Shown here piece by piece: positions 20,051-29,993 of a stretch of DNA of 64,000 bases. Positions within the stretch are counted from its first letter, which is position 1. Every line of letters starts with the position of its first letter. The stretch is from Pseudomonadota bacterium (GTDB lineage: Bacteria > Pseudomonadota > Gammaproteobacteria > JAIEPX01): the NCBI GenBank assembly GCA_029777855.1, contig JAKORL010000179.1:1356-65355 (forward strand), read 5' to 3'. Position numbers and translations under genes: made by a program. The notes under the pieces are model-generated. The model saw nothing but the letters and a program-made list of their open reading frames with translations. It was not told the origin of the DNA and did not search any database.

Positions 20051-21697
20051 TCATTTTTTCTTATCACAAATTGCGCGAGTGATTTCAATCGCCTCTTGGT
20101 AATTGTCCGCGAAAAACACACCGTTTTCACCGTGACGGATACCCGCATTCGTTAACATTTCTTTGGGCTGTGTTTGTAATCCACTGATAACAAGGGCTGT
20201 TCCTTTGGTGTGACAGTCTTTAATTAAATTGAGAAATGTTCGGGCACTCGTTCCATCAAGATAAGGTACGAGGGGCATCCGAATCATCAGCACTTTGGGC
20301 ATTTCACCAATGGGTCTTATTGAATCGATTAAGTCACCCGCCACTGCAAAAAATAACGGACCTGTGATTTTGAACACTTCCACTTTTGGAGGGAGGGTTA
20401 AGCGCTGATTTTCTTCTTCAACCGTGTCGCCATTGACATCAGAGGTAATATCAACAGATTTACTCATTTCACGCATGAACAACAATGAAGCAGCGATGAC
20501 GCCCACAGAAATCGCAGCGTTCAAATCCACCAATATAGTTAAGAAAAATGTGAGAAGTAGTAAAAGTCGATCAGTGTTTGATAATCGAAGGATATGTGCA
20601 AATTGGTGAAGTTCGCTCATCCCCCATGCGACGATAAATAATATGGCAGCCAAGGCAGCCATTGGAATAAAGCTAATATATTTTGTCGCAAATAAAACGA
20701 AGATTAGAATAAAAAACGCATTAAATAACCCAGCAACTGGTGTTGTTGCGCCCGCCCTGATATTGGTTGCTGTTCGAGCAATTGCACCTGTTGCTGGCAA
20801 GCCACCAAATAATGTAGAAGCGATGTTGGCGAAACCGTGAGCAACGATTTCTTGATTTGGACGGTGTTTGTAACCCGTCATACCATCAGCAACGACGGCC
20901 GATAATAATGATTCTATTCCAGAGAGGAATGCAATTGTAAAGGCCAAAGGAACGACATCATTTATTTTGTCCCACCCGATTTCAGGAATAGAGGGTAAAG
21001 GCAGGCCTGATGGAATATTAGGAAATCGAGAGCCTATCGTTTCTGTAGGGATGTTGAAAAAAGCGACGACAACCGATGCTACTATAACAACAACAATATA
21101 TCCGGGTAATTTCGGTGTGAAATGCCTCATTAAAATAATGATAGCTAATGAACCAAGTCCTATCAGCAGGGTAGGCGTGCTCATGCTATGCATATTACTA
21201 AAATACGACATCCATTTCTCAATAAATTCCGCCGGAACAGAATCAATTTTCAAACCAAGAAAATCTTTAACTTGAGAAGAGGCGATAATCACTGCAATGC
21301 CCGAAGTAAATCCAGTAATGACCGAGTGCGGAAAGAAATTAATAATTCTTCCCAATCTAAGATAACCTGCAGCAAGCAGAATAAATCCAGCCATTAAGGT
21401 TGCGACTAGTAGACCATCATAGCCGTAATGAGAAATACCATTGAATACAATGACAACAAATGCACCTGTTGGTCCACTAATTTGTACACGTGATCCCCCG
21501 AGTAATGAAACCAAAAAGCCTGCAATAATTGCTGTGATTAAACCTTTGTCAGGTGAAGCGCCACTGGCAATAGCTAATGCCATTGATAAAGGTAGTGAGA
21601 CGATCGCGACAGTAATACCTGCTATTAAATCACGTCTAAAGGTATTGAGACTGTAACCTTCTTTCAGAACGCTAAAAAGTTTTGGTGTAAATTGCAT
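20051..21697 (-). CDS. SulP-family anion (sulfate/bicarbonate) transporter with C-terminal STAS domain
   Basis: 548 aa and multi-TM. SulP signature regions. C-terminal anti-sigma-antagonist-like domain. Confidence 0.85.
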   Translation of the reverse strand: MQFTPKLFSVLKEGYSLNTFRRDLIAGITVAIVSLPLSMALAIASGASPDKGLITAIIAGFLVSLLGGSRVQISGPTGAFVVIVFNGISHYGYDGLLVATLMAGFILLAAGYLRLGRIINFFPHSVITGFTSGIAVIIASSQVKDFLGLKIDSVPAEFIEKWMSYFSNMHSMSTPTLLIGLGSLAIIILMRHFTPKLPGYIVVVIVASVVVAFFNIPTETIGSRFPNIPSGLPLPSIPEIGWDKINDVVPLAFTIAFLSGIESLLSAVVADGMTGYKHRPNQEIVAHGFANIASTLFGGLPATGAIARTATNIRAGATTPVAGLFNAFFILIFVLFATKYISFIPMAALAAILFIVAWGMSELHQFAHILRLSNTDRLLLLLTFFLTILVDLNAAISVGVIAASLLFMREMSKSVDITSDVNGDTVEEENQRLTLPPKVEVFKITGPLFFAVAGDLIDSIRPIGEMPKVLMIRMPLVPYLDGTSARTFLNLIKDCHTKGTALVISGLQTQPKEMLTNAGIRHGENGVFFADNYQEAIEITRAICDKKK

Positions 21698-21937
21698 GGC
21701 TATTCTCTACTCGTTAGTTTGTGAAAATAATGAAATTTCTTAGACATGTTAATCTTTAGTTAATCTAAATGCAATAAGATTGATTCCTATTTAGGGTAGG
21801 TTCTCAATGAGATTCCGTCAAAGGGCCGAATTTATTGGAACTTGAGGGTGGATCCCATTTGGTAATTATGCTAGGCTCAAAAACTAGCTAATAATGAACG
21901 GAAGTAATTTGCTTAAATTTTCATTAAAGGAGGCATC

Positions 21938-22564
21938 ATGAAACAGAGTTTAAAGAAGATTATAAAAGGTTATCACGTCTTTCGTAAAAAATATGCACAC
22001 GGAAATCGATCTGTCATGCGTGTATTATCCATGTATGGTCAAGAGCCTAAAGTGATGGTTATCGCTTGTTGCGATTCTCGAGTTGACCCCGCTTTGATAT
22101 TACAATGTGATCCAGGGGACCTTTTTGTTGTGAGAAATATCGCAAATATCGTGCCGCCTTATGAAAAAGATAAAGCCCACCATGGTACTAGTGCGGCGCT
22201 TGAGTTTGGAATCACCGTCTTAGAAGTCAAACATCTTATATTGCTGGGGCATAGTCAATGCGGTGGTATGCAGGCCCTGATGGACAAACGAACGGCAACC
22301 GAATACGACTTTATTAACAATTGGGTCTCAATTATTGATGCCCCTGTTACAGCACTTGAAAGTGTAGATGATTGTGCGAAATATGCATTAAATGAATCTT
22401 ATCAACATTGTCTTACTTTTCCATGGATTGCAGATCGAGTTGCCAAAAATGAATTGAATATTCATCAATGGTTTTTTGATATTTCAAAAGGACAAATCTA
22501 TACCTACTCACTCGATGAGAAAGTTTACAAACCACTCGAAGAATACGAGCTGCCTAAAAAATAA
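21938..22564 (+). CDS. Beta-class carbonic anhydrase
   Basis: Zinc ligands CCDSRVDP and HSQCGG. A strong RBS aaaggagg lies upstream. Transcribed divergently from sulP. Confidence 0.85.
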   Translation: MKQSLKKIIKGYHVFRKKYAHGNRSVMRVLSMYGQEPKVMVIACCDSRVDPALILQCDPGDLFVVRNIANIVPPYEKDKAHHGTSAALEFGITVLEVKHLILLGHSQCGGMQALMDKRTATEYDFINNWVSIIDAPVTALESVDDCAKYALNESYQHCLTFPWIADRVAKNELNIHQWFFDISKGQIYTYSLDEKVYKPLEEYELPKK

Positions 22565-22673
22565 TATTTCTATTTTTCATGTAGTTTAAATGAGAAATTA
22601 CTATACTGATAAATATTTTTGCGCTACTTTAAAGGCGGGCCGTAAAAAACTATTTTAACTCGCACTTTGAAAT

Positions 22674-23198
22674 TTAATTTTGAGATGCAGTCTTCAGTGC
22701 AAGATCAATTTCCGTTTCATCGAAAACAGAAATTCCATTATCAGTGAGTATTTTTGCTGTTACCCCCATTCCAGCAACCAATTTTTTGGAATGAGTGCCG
22801 TCATAAACTTGTTTAGATCCGCAAGACGGGCTGCGTGCTTTCAGTATTGCAACTTTGATATTGTGTTTTTTTGCCAGCTCCAATGCTTTTTCTGCGCCCT
22901 TGATATATTCCGAAGAGACATCATCGCCGTGGATTGTTAACACTTTTCCAAGGCCGTTTAATACGTGTTCGGCTGATTTTCCAGGTTCAATTTCTGAAGG
23001 TGGTCTCGGTGTAGGCAACCCCCCTGCCATCTCAGGACATATTGCCACAACTTTGCCCTGTTCAATCCATTGGTGCAACAAATCGTTTGATTGTAGACAA
23101 TCTTTCGCATCAAAACGTACTTTCTGTCCAATCAAGCAGGCACTTACCAATATTTTAGACAAAGCATTCTCCTTAAAAAATATTGCGATATGTCCCAA
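22674..23198 (-). CDS. DUF523-family protein (TudS-like Fe-S protein)
   Basis: N-terminal ILVSACLIGQKVRFD and conserved Cys residues (CPEMAGG, SPSCGS), as in the DUF523 family. Confidence 0.55.
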   Translation of the reverse strand: MGHIAIFFKENALSKILVSACLIGQKVRFDAKDCLQSNDLLHQWIEQGKVVAICPEMAGGLPTPRPPSEIEPGKSAEHVLNGLGKVLTIHGDDVSSEYIKGAEKALELAKKHNIKVAILKARSPSCGSKQVYDGTHSKKLVAGMGVTAKILTDNGISVFDETEIDLALKTASQN

Positions 23199-23301
23199 TT
23201 TAAAGGAAAAAATGATTTTAGTAAATACTTAATGTAAAGTCCTTTTGACAATGAGAATAAATAGATTATGATGCTATTTATAGCAATTTTGAGGTATCAC
23301 T

Positions 23302-23682
23302 ATGTCAATTAAGTCTTACGCTGAGCGTTATAATGAGTTTCAACACCAACTGGGTCAGGGAGTTGAACAAGATTATGAGAGTATTATTAATGCTCTGTTT
23401 GCTCCCGATTTTACAAAGATTGCAAACGGAGACGTTTTGGTCAGCAATCGATCACAATTATTTTCTCAGTGCAAAAATTGCAGAGATATGGCTGGAAAAT
23501 GGACTATCCAAAGCACGGATATTATTCCTTCATCCGATAACACACAATGCACCATTCGATATATGCTAACATCAGAGAAGGCGGGCCAATTTGATGTCAT
23601 TGCTATAATGAGCATTTCTAATGGGCTCATTAATCGTGTCGATGAAATATATTACCAACCAGGGAGTGAAGACGATGAATAA
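23302..23682 (+). CDS. NTF2-like (SnoaL/ketosteroid-isomerase-like) small protein
   Basis: 126 aa. Only the general NTF2-fold pattern is recognisable, so this is a weak call. Confidence 0.35.
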   Translation: MSIKSYAERYNEFQHQLGQGVEQDYESIINALFAPDFTKIANGDVLVSNRSQLFSQCKNCRDMAGKWTIQSTDIIPSSDNTQCTIRYMLTSEKAGQFDVIAIMSISNGLINRVDEIYYQPGSEDDE

Positions 23683-23733
23683 ATCTAAAGGAAAAAAAAA
23701 TGTATTCTGCTGCAAGATAATAGGAATTAAATA

Positions 23734-24516
23734 ATGGGCCGTGTACAAAATAAGGTAGTGATTATTACAGGTGGATCCACAGGAATCGGACAGGCGGCGT
23801 GTCATTTGTTGTCAAAAGAAGGCGCCACAATTGCGCTGGTAGATATTAATGATTCAGCCGGAAAAGAAACTGTTAAATACATTCAAGATCACGGAGGTAA
23901 TGCTGAATACTGGAATATGGATGTTACTGATGAATCTACTATTGAAAAAGTTTTCAAAGAAATTGAACAGAAGTTTTCACGCATTAATGTATTAGTTAAT
24001 AATGCAGGATTTATTGGCAGCAACAAACCGACTCATGAAATGTCAGAAACTGAGTGGGATAAAGTAATGAATATAAATGCCAAAGGAACATTTTTCTGCA
24101 CCAAACATGTAATTCCGTATCTCAAAAAATCCGATGGCGGAAGTATTATTAATATCTCATCCATTCACGGATTGATTGGCTCACCCGACTACCCTGCCAA
24201 CCACGCCTCCAAAGGCGCCATCCGACTCATGAGCAAAACAGATGCCATGATCTATGCAAAAGATAAAATCAGAGTGAATTCTATACACCCCGGCTACATC
24301 AACACCCCCAACCTCGGCGAAAGCCCCCAAAAATCCAACGCTTCGCCAACCGACCCCCGCACAGCCTTCGACAACCTCCAACCCCTCGGCCACATCGGCG
24401 ACGCCAACGACATCGCCTACGGCATCCTCTACCTTGCTTCCGACGAATCAAAATTCGTCACCGCCAGTGAACTCGTCATCGATGGTGGCATCTACGGTGG
24501 GCGAGTGTTTGACTAG
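23734..24516 (+). CDS. Short-chain dehydrogenase/reductase (SDR) family oxidoreductase. The 3-prime third is compositionally distinct.
   Basis: Rossmann motif TGGSTGIGQA. NNAG. Catalytic Y/K pair in SIHGLIGSPDYPANHASKGA. Signature IHPGYINTP. Confidence 0.85.
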   Translation: MGRVQNKVVIITGGSTGIGQAACHLLSKEGATIALVDINDSAGKETVKYIQDHGGNAEYWNMDVTDESTIEKVFKEIEQKFSRINVLVNNAGFIGSNKPTHEMSETEWDKVMNINAKGTFFCTKHVIPYLKKSDGGSIINISSIHGLIGSPDYPANHASKGAIRLMSKTDAMIYAKDKIRVNSIHPGYINTPNLGESPQKSNASPTDPRTAFDNLQPLGHIGDANDIAYGILYLASDESKFVTASELVIDGGIYGGRVFD

Positions 24517-24810
24517 AAAAAATGACAAAGGAAAATTTGGCATGGATGCATTCTTCAATTTTGAGCTAATTTATTTCATTTTAAGGTGCCCTATTGTACA
24601 TAAATTTGAGAGTCATTTTTTAGTTGACCTTATTTTTCAGTGTTCTGACCAAGTAGACAAGAAGTGGTACTACAAATCAAATTCGCGTTTAACTGTTGAG
24701 TTATTAGATAATACCTTACGTAATATTTTGAAAAAATTTTGACTTGAGGTAAGTCACAAGGAGCACAGTGGCAGATCTATGATTGAAACAATGTATCTCC
24801 CAGGATTTTA

Positions 24811-25986
24811 CTAAGCATTATCTGTGTCAGTTGATTCTGTTGTGTAATTTAGCAATTCTGGTAATCGCTTCAAACCTTCTAGTATTGGCAGTGCGGTAAT
24901 ATTGTCGTGGTATTCAGGAGCTTCTCCACCATAAAGTAGATATAATTTAGCCATGGGGTAATCATTGCTGAATGTACGTAGCCCCCTTAAATCTTTTGTT
25001 GAGATTTTTCGTTTTCGCTTAATTTCGAAAGCAATTAATCCGTTTTCGCCATAAACAACAAAATCTACTTCGAGGCCATTACGCGTCCGCCAATAATAAA
25101 TTGTGTAACCTAGATCTAGATAATCATTGATAGCACGAAGATGCTGAACAAATAAAGTTTCCAATGCACGGCCATCGATTTCGGATTGTAGGTCAAGGGG
25201 ACCAGTTGGGCGAATAGCGCGGTACACGCCGACATCGAAGAAATAAAATTTAGGATGAGCAATTAATTGTCTTTGTGCACGTTTCATAAATATAGGCACT
25301 TTAAAACCTATTAATAAATCTTCAGTAATTTGAAAGTAGGTACTGACAATTTTTTGCTTAATGCCTGCTTCTCGAGCAACTTCTGACATATTCAGCACTT
25401 CGCCCTGTGAAAAGCTTGCCACTTCTAAAAAGCGACTAAATTCTCCAATATTCCTCAAAATACCTTCTTGCAGAATTTCTTCTTGTAAATAAGTTCCGAT
25501 ATAGGTTTTTAAATAGTGTTGTGCATTTTCTGAAGAATATACTTTAGGTAATAACCCAAATTTCAGGGCTACATCTAGGCTAAAATCATCTCCCAATTCT
25601 CGACAGGTGAGCGGATGCATAGTGTAGCTTAGTGCACGCCCAGCAAGTAAGTTTGCTCCCTCGCGTTTTAGTTTTCTAGCGCTCGAACCCGTTAAGAGGA
25701 ACTTATAACCTTTTGATTCGATTAGACGATGTACTTCATTTAATAACGCTGGAATTTTTTGCACTTCATCGATTACGATCCAATTTTGGAAATTTGGAGG
25801 GATATGATTTTCTAATCGGCTAGGGTTTGCAATAAACTCGGCGAAAGTTGCGGTTTTTAACAAATTAAAGACCAATGCATCAGGTAGATGGTGTGTTATC
25901 CAGTGCGTCTTTCCGGTACCCCGTGGGCCGAGCAATAAGCAGCTTTCTTTAGACTTAGGATTGATTTTAAGGAGCCGGTTGTACAT
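24811..25986 (-). CDS. AAA+ ATPase with DUF4143-type C-terminal domain
   Basis: Walker A LLGPRGTGKTH and Walker B WIVIDEVQK. This architecture is common in ATPases of unknown function that are often linked to mobile elements. Confidence 0.7.
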   Translation of the reverse strand: MYNRLLKINPKSKESCLLLGPRGTGKTHWITHHLPDALVFNLLKTATFAEFIANPSRLENHIPPNFQNWIVIDEVQKIPALLNEVHRLIESKGYKFLLTGSSARKLKREGANLLAGRALSYTMHPLTCRELGDDFSLDVALKFGLLPKVYSSENAQHYLKTYIGTYLQEEILQEGILRNIGEFSRFLEVASFSQGEVLNMSEVAREAGIKQKIVSTYFQITEDLLIGFKVPIFMKRAQRQLIAHPKFYFFDVGVYRAIRPTGPLDLQSEIDGRALETLFVQHLRAINDYLDLGYTIYYWRTRNGLEVDFVVYGENGLIAFEIKRKRKISTKDLRGLRTFSNDYPMAKLYLLYGGEAPEYHDNITALPILEGLKRLPELLNYTTESTDTDNA

Positions 25987-26262
25987 GTATCTGATTCCTT
26001 CATGAGCCTTACTCGATGATAGCGGATCTTTATAAAACAGTCAATTTGGCGTCAATAATTCTAAAAATGCTGCATTTTTGTCCATTTATGGGATAAAAAT
26101 ACTACCTTTTTTGTCTACAAAGCCCTCTGAAATTCAATAATGTAACAAACGCTGGATAAATGCCCTCGGGGCTTGCTTTTATCAGGGTCATGGTTTACAA
26201 TTTACATAGATAACATCAATTTTGTAAACATTGTTGGTTTTGTGATACAGGAGATAGTAGTC

Positions 26263-27315
26263 ATGTTTAACATTCGACTCCATCGAGCTCGTAAGGCGGC
26301 CGGCTTAAGCTACCGCGCTTTAGCTCAGCTCGTTGGTTTGTCACAAACAGCCATTAAAAAGTACGAGGACGGTATTATGATGCCGTCATCCGACATCCTG
26401 ATACGGCTGTCTCATGCACTTAATGTACGAACGGAATATTTTTTCCGACCCGAAAAACACGCGCTAGAGGGAATCGAATATCGTAAACATAACTCCTTAC
26501 CTAAAAAGCGACTTGATGCTATTGAAAATGAGGTGCTTGATCATATTGAAAGACGAATTGAATTAGAGGAATTATTTCCACAACCACCTGTCAAAGTTTT
26601 TTCTTCCGTTGATGGGTTACCAAAATTAATTACTGATATGAATAAAATCGAATCTGTTGCTGAGCGTGTTCGTGAGGTTTGGAAACTCGGTCTAGACCCC
26701 ATACCCGATTTAATCGATACACTTGAGACCAATGGCATACGAGTCTTCATGATAGATGCAGATGCTGATAACAAATTTGATGGGCTAGCAGCCAGCATTA
26801 ATGGCATGCCGATTATAGTCGTTGGTCTACACTGGCCTGGAGATCGACAACGCTTTACATTGGCACATGAACTTGGGCACCTCATACTTAAAGATCGACT
26901 CTCAAAAGATTTAGACGAAGAAAATGCCTGCCATCGTTTTGCAGGTGCTTTTTTACTTCCACAGACTTCTTTGATGCAGGAACTTGGAAAATATCGAAAT
27001 GCGATAGAGCTAAAAGAACTAGGATTATTGAAAGAAGAATTTGGATTATCCATGGCCGCCATTTTATATCGCGCATTAGATAACAAAATAATTACATCAA
27101 GCTATCACCACAAACAATTCAAGTTATTTCGAAAATTAGGCTGGAATATAACAGAACCTGGACAAATTTATCCAACCGAAAAAGCACACATTTTCGAACA
27201 ATTATTATTTCATGCCCTCGCTGAGGATTATATAGGCGAATCAAAGGCAGCAGAATTGATGAATCTATCCCTTCAACAATTTCGACGCATACGCTCTCTG
27301 GAAAGCAGCTATTGA
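26263..27315 (+). CDS. XRE-family HTH regulator fused to an ImmA/IrrE-family zinc metallopeptidase domain
   Basis: HTH region LSYRALAQLVGLSQTAIKKYEDG and an HEXXH motif (FTLAHELGHLIL). The start was set at MFNIRLH, which follows the RBS ggaga. The track ORF begins 90 nt earlier. Confidence 0.7.
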   Translation: MFNIRLHRARKAAGLSYRALAQLVGLSQTAIKKYEDGIMMPSSDILIRLSHALNVRTEYFFRPEKHALEGIEYRKHNSLPKKRLDAIENEVLDHIERRIELEELFPQPPVKVFSSVDGLPKLITDMNKIESVAERVREVWKLGLDPIPDLIDTLETNGIRVFMIDADADNKFDGLAASINGMPIIVVGLHWPGDRQRFTLAHELGHLILKDRLSKDLDEENACHRFAGAFLLPQTSLMQELGKYRNAIELKELGLLKEEFGLSMAAILYRALDNKIITSSYHHKQFKLFRKLGWNITEPGQIYPTEKAHIFEQLLFHALAEDYIGESKAAELMNLSLQQFRRIRSLESSY

Positions 27316-27458
27316 TTAGTGATGCAAATATATTTATTTGTCAGGACAAAGCCATTAATTAAAATATCAGTCAATATTGAAAGTTTTAGGCATTTTTATC
27401 GCAGAATTTATTTTCGTATAAGGGGCCAACAAGTACTTTCTTAAAAATATAAAATTTT

Positions 27459-28382
27459 TCAAGGACTTTTCTTATATTTCGAATTGAACACTGCTTTTTC
27501 GCCAAAAAGAACAACGTCTTGAGTCATTGCTTTAATGGTTTCCGATTTCGCCGCGCGGTCCATATCTTTTTTATATGATTCGTTTATAATTTTACACTGT
27601 CTTTCAGTCAACTGCCCATTGATTTTCTGACATTCTTGAGCTCTAGTCTTAATATATTCCCGTAACTGAACTGGAGGTGGATATTTCGTTGCACCTATCA
27701 CACCGTGCTTTACATGGATTTTAGAGCCGACCCATTGTTTAGGTTGCATTTCAATAAAGCCGAGTATACAAAAACAGCCAAATTTTACATACGTGAAACT
27801 CAGATCAGTTGAGGTTACAATCTCAAAATCTGTCGCTCTTAAAAGATAACGGTTTATATTTTTCGGCATAGAGACGTCATTAAAGCTATCAATATACCCT
27901 AAATAAATTAGATGTTGTTCATTATTCTTCGGATGAGGTTGCATACCTAAAAGAAACTCTTTCCAGACTATCTCAGTCTGCTTAATATTTGCAAGATGTT
28001 TTTCAGAGAGGTGAGAAAGTCCAGAATTTTCAAGGCTATATATTAGAATTCTCCATGAAAGTGAGACACTAAATTTCAATAGCCAGAAATCATACGATAT
28101 TTTATTGCATTTACCCTCTACCAGAGGGTGAAAAGCAATTGAAGCGAACTTAGTTTCCCATTCATTAAACCGTTGTTCACATTCAATGCACAGCAAATGA
28201 GTTTTAATACCATCCTGTACGCGTTTATTTGGATTTGAGCCCATGCGAATTTGTCCTGTGGCGGATGATTCTTTTTGCCATTTAAAAATGAACTTTGGAA
28301 TTATGTGACTTTTTATTAAGTTGCAATTTTTATTGCAAAGACGACAAATGCCCAAATTTTTTTTAGTCCTAGCCTTACTCAT
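27459..28382 (-). CDS. HNH-endonuclease-like domain protein with N-terminal zinc-ribbon HNH motif and a C-terminal domain of unknown function
   Basis: The N-terminus CRLCNKNCNLIKSHIIPKF...HLLCIECEQRF fits CxxC...HIIP...LCxxC HNH geometry. Confidence 0.45.
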   Translation of the reverse strand: MSKARTKKNLGICRLCNKNCNLIKSHIIPKFIFKWQKESSATGQIRMGSNPNKRVQDGIKTHLLCIECEQRFNEWETKFASIAFHPLVEGKCNKISYDFWLLKFSVSLSWRILIYSLENSGLSHLSEKHLANIKQTEIVWKEFLLGMQPHPKNNEQHLIYLGYIDSFNDVSMPKNINRYLLRATDFEIVTSTDLSFTYVKFGCFCILGFIEMQPKQWVGSKIHVKHGVIGATKYPPPVQLREYIKTRAQECQKINGQLTERQCKIINESYKKDMDRAAKSETIKAMTQDVVLFGEKAVFNSKYKKSP

Positions 28383-28516
28383 AGATACTGCCTACCTCAT
28401 ATTGCTTATTATCTCATATAATTTGCTAAAAGTCAATAAATTTATTAGTTTTATGAAGTTTGGTTTGTAGTCCATGAACGAGGGAAAGATGTTTGTAGAG
28501 AATATAGCCCTTCAAA

Positions 28517-28564
28517 GTACCTGTAATATTGTCATCTTAGTGATAATATTACAGGTACTTTTTT
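28517..28564 (+). terminator. Perfect 14-17-bp hairpin (gtacctgtaatatt ... aatattacaggtac) followed by T6
   Basis: The stem (28517-28530 with 28545-28558) and the T-run (28559-28564) were read directly from the sequence. It lies in the intergenic region between two minus-strand genes. Confidence 0.3.
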
Positions 28565-28570
28565 CTTTAC

Positions 28571-28636
28571 AAGAAACAAGGTGTCAGATCTAAGATTTAT
28601 AAACGCATAAATCTTAGATCTGACACCTTGTTTCTT
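28571..28636. terminator. 30-bp perfect inverted repeat with a 6-nt loop that overlaps the stop codon of the minus-strand gene 28614..29339. It is probably a terminator or recombination hairpin.
   Basis: aagaaacaaggtgtcagatctaagatttat (28571-28600), loop aaacgc, then its exact reverse complement (28607-28636). Confidence 0.35.
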
Positions 28637-29339
28637 CGATAACATCCAAAAACACATAATATTTTGAAACTATTTCAAGTATGTCACTGGGGTATGTATC
28701 GACGAATTTTTTATTTTGTCCGGATTTTACAAGGGTTGGTAAAAAACGGATGATTTCATTGGTTTCTTTGGGGGACAATTCTTGAGAAAAGTGAGCATAA
28801 TTGTTTCTTAATGAATTTAACGCTTGAAAAAATCCGATGTGCATTTGTCTATTTTTATCTGATACCTTTTTAGCTTTTAGGGTATTTTTAATTGAACGAA
28901 TTAAAAAAGTTCCACGATCATGTGAAATTTTGTTTTTTACCCATGTTAAGATTTCGACATAGTTATTATGATTTACTATCTCACAATGCAATATATGGTC
29001 AATAGCTTGTAGCGCTTCGTCCTTTTTATTCAGATCATTAGCGTCATTGCTAATTTCTAAGAGCTGCGTTGTCAATGTAATTATATTTGTTATGAAAGAT
29101 CGTTTAACCAAGCTCCAATATGATTGGACAGCACTATTACTTTTACACATCTTTTTTGGAGATCGTAGCATGTCCATTTGATTAACTGTAAATTTAACAA
29201 AAAATCCAAAGATGTCATGCTTTTCACCGTATTGGTTCATAGGTTTTTCTTCTACGAGTTTAAGTAGGGACTCGGATGCTTTTTCAAGTTCATTTTGAAA
29301 TGCTTCATCCAGTCCAATCTCTAGTATGTTATTGTTCAT
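28614..29339 (-). CDS. Hypothetical protein, possibly a HEPN-like Abi-type protein
   Basis: 241 aa. The only motif found is a C-terminal Rx4H (LRNNYAHF), reminiscent of HEPN RNase motifs. This is weak evidence. Confidence 0.3.
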   Translation of the reverse strand: MNNNILEIGLDEAFQNELEKASESLLKLVEEKPMNQYGEKHDIFGFFVKFTVNQMDMLRSPKKMCKSNSAVQSYWSLVKRSFITNIITLTTQLLEISNDANDLNKKDEALQAIDHILHCEIVNHNNYVEILTWVKNKISHDRGTFLIRSIKNTLKAKKVSDKNRQMHIGFFQALNSLRNNYAHFSQELSPKETNEIIRFLPTLVKSGQNKKFVDTYPSDILEIVSKYYVFLDVIEETRCQI

Positions 29340-29363
29340 AAAAAACAGACAAGTTAAATAAAA

Positions 29364-29645
29364 TTAAATGCTAGTTTCGTAACCGACATGTAGTGTCTCA
29401 ATTTTTACACCGTCCTCTTTCATGGCTTTTTGTCCTTCGTCTGATTGTAGTAATGCATTGAATTTACCTACATCGGCGACTTCGATAATGAGACCTGTTA
29501 AGTTGGGATTTACAGGACTACGGAAAATACGCGCTGTTGCCTCAATGGATGCCATCAGCTCATGACAGCTGCCAGGTTTTCGTTTCCAGCCTTTAATCCA
29601 TCGATTTCCATCTTCTACTTCGTGTGTGGCAATTACTGTTGTCAT
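29364..29645 (-). CDS. Small hypothetical protein (93 aa)
   Basis: Clean ORF with plausible spacing. No motif recognised. Confidence 0.35.
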   Translation of the reverse strand: MTTVIATHEVEDGNRWIKGWKRKPGSCHELMASIEATARIFRSPVNPNLTGLIIEVADVGKFNALLQSDEGQKAMKEDGVKIETLHVGYETSI

Positions 29646-29993
29646 AAGTCACGCTCCTTGTTGGGTTGATAGTAGCACTTTGCAGTGATTGAGGTGGTCA
29701 GTCAAAGTGGATGTGTTAAGTTTAGTATATGTAGGCTAAATGTGCATAACGGCCAAAGCGAGTATATTAGGAGAGAGCTGCCAGAAGAGTAGATTTAGCA
29801 AGGGCTTGAGGCGATCGGGCATAAGATATAAAAAATATGCATTTTGTGTCAATTAAGAAAGGGAATGAGGCAATTGTGTCATTGTTGGTTCAACAAAGAA
29901 CCTATATATTTGTAACTATATGGCAATAATTCCAGTATTTGAGTGTCATATTCCTAGGGTCTATAAATACGCGCATTAACATAGGGAGCTGTT

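Noticed and set aside
23686-23701. A9 tract upstream of the SDR gene, considered as a phase-variation site
   Set aside because: It is intergenic and about 35 nt upstream of the SDR start, so it could affect promoter spacing. Unlike the A9 at 3388-3396, there is no ORF-level consequence visible.
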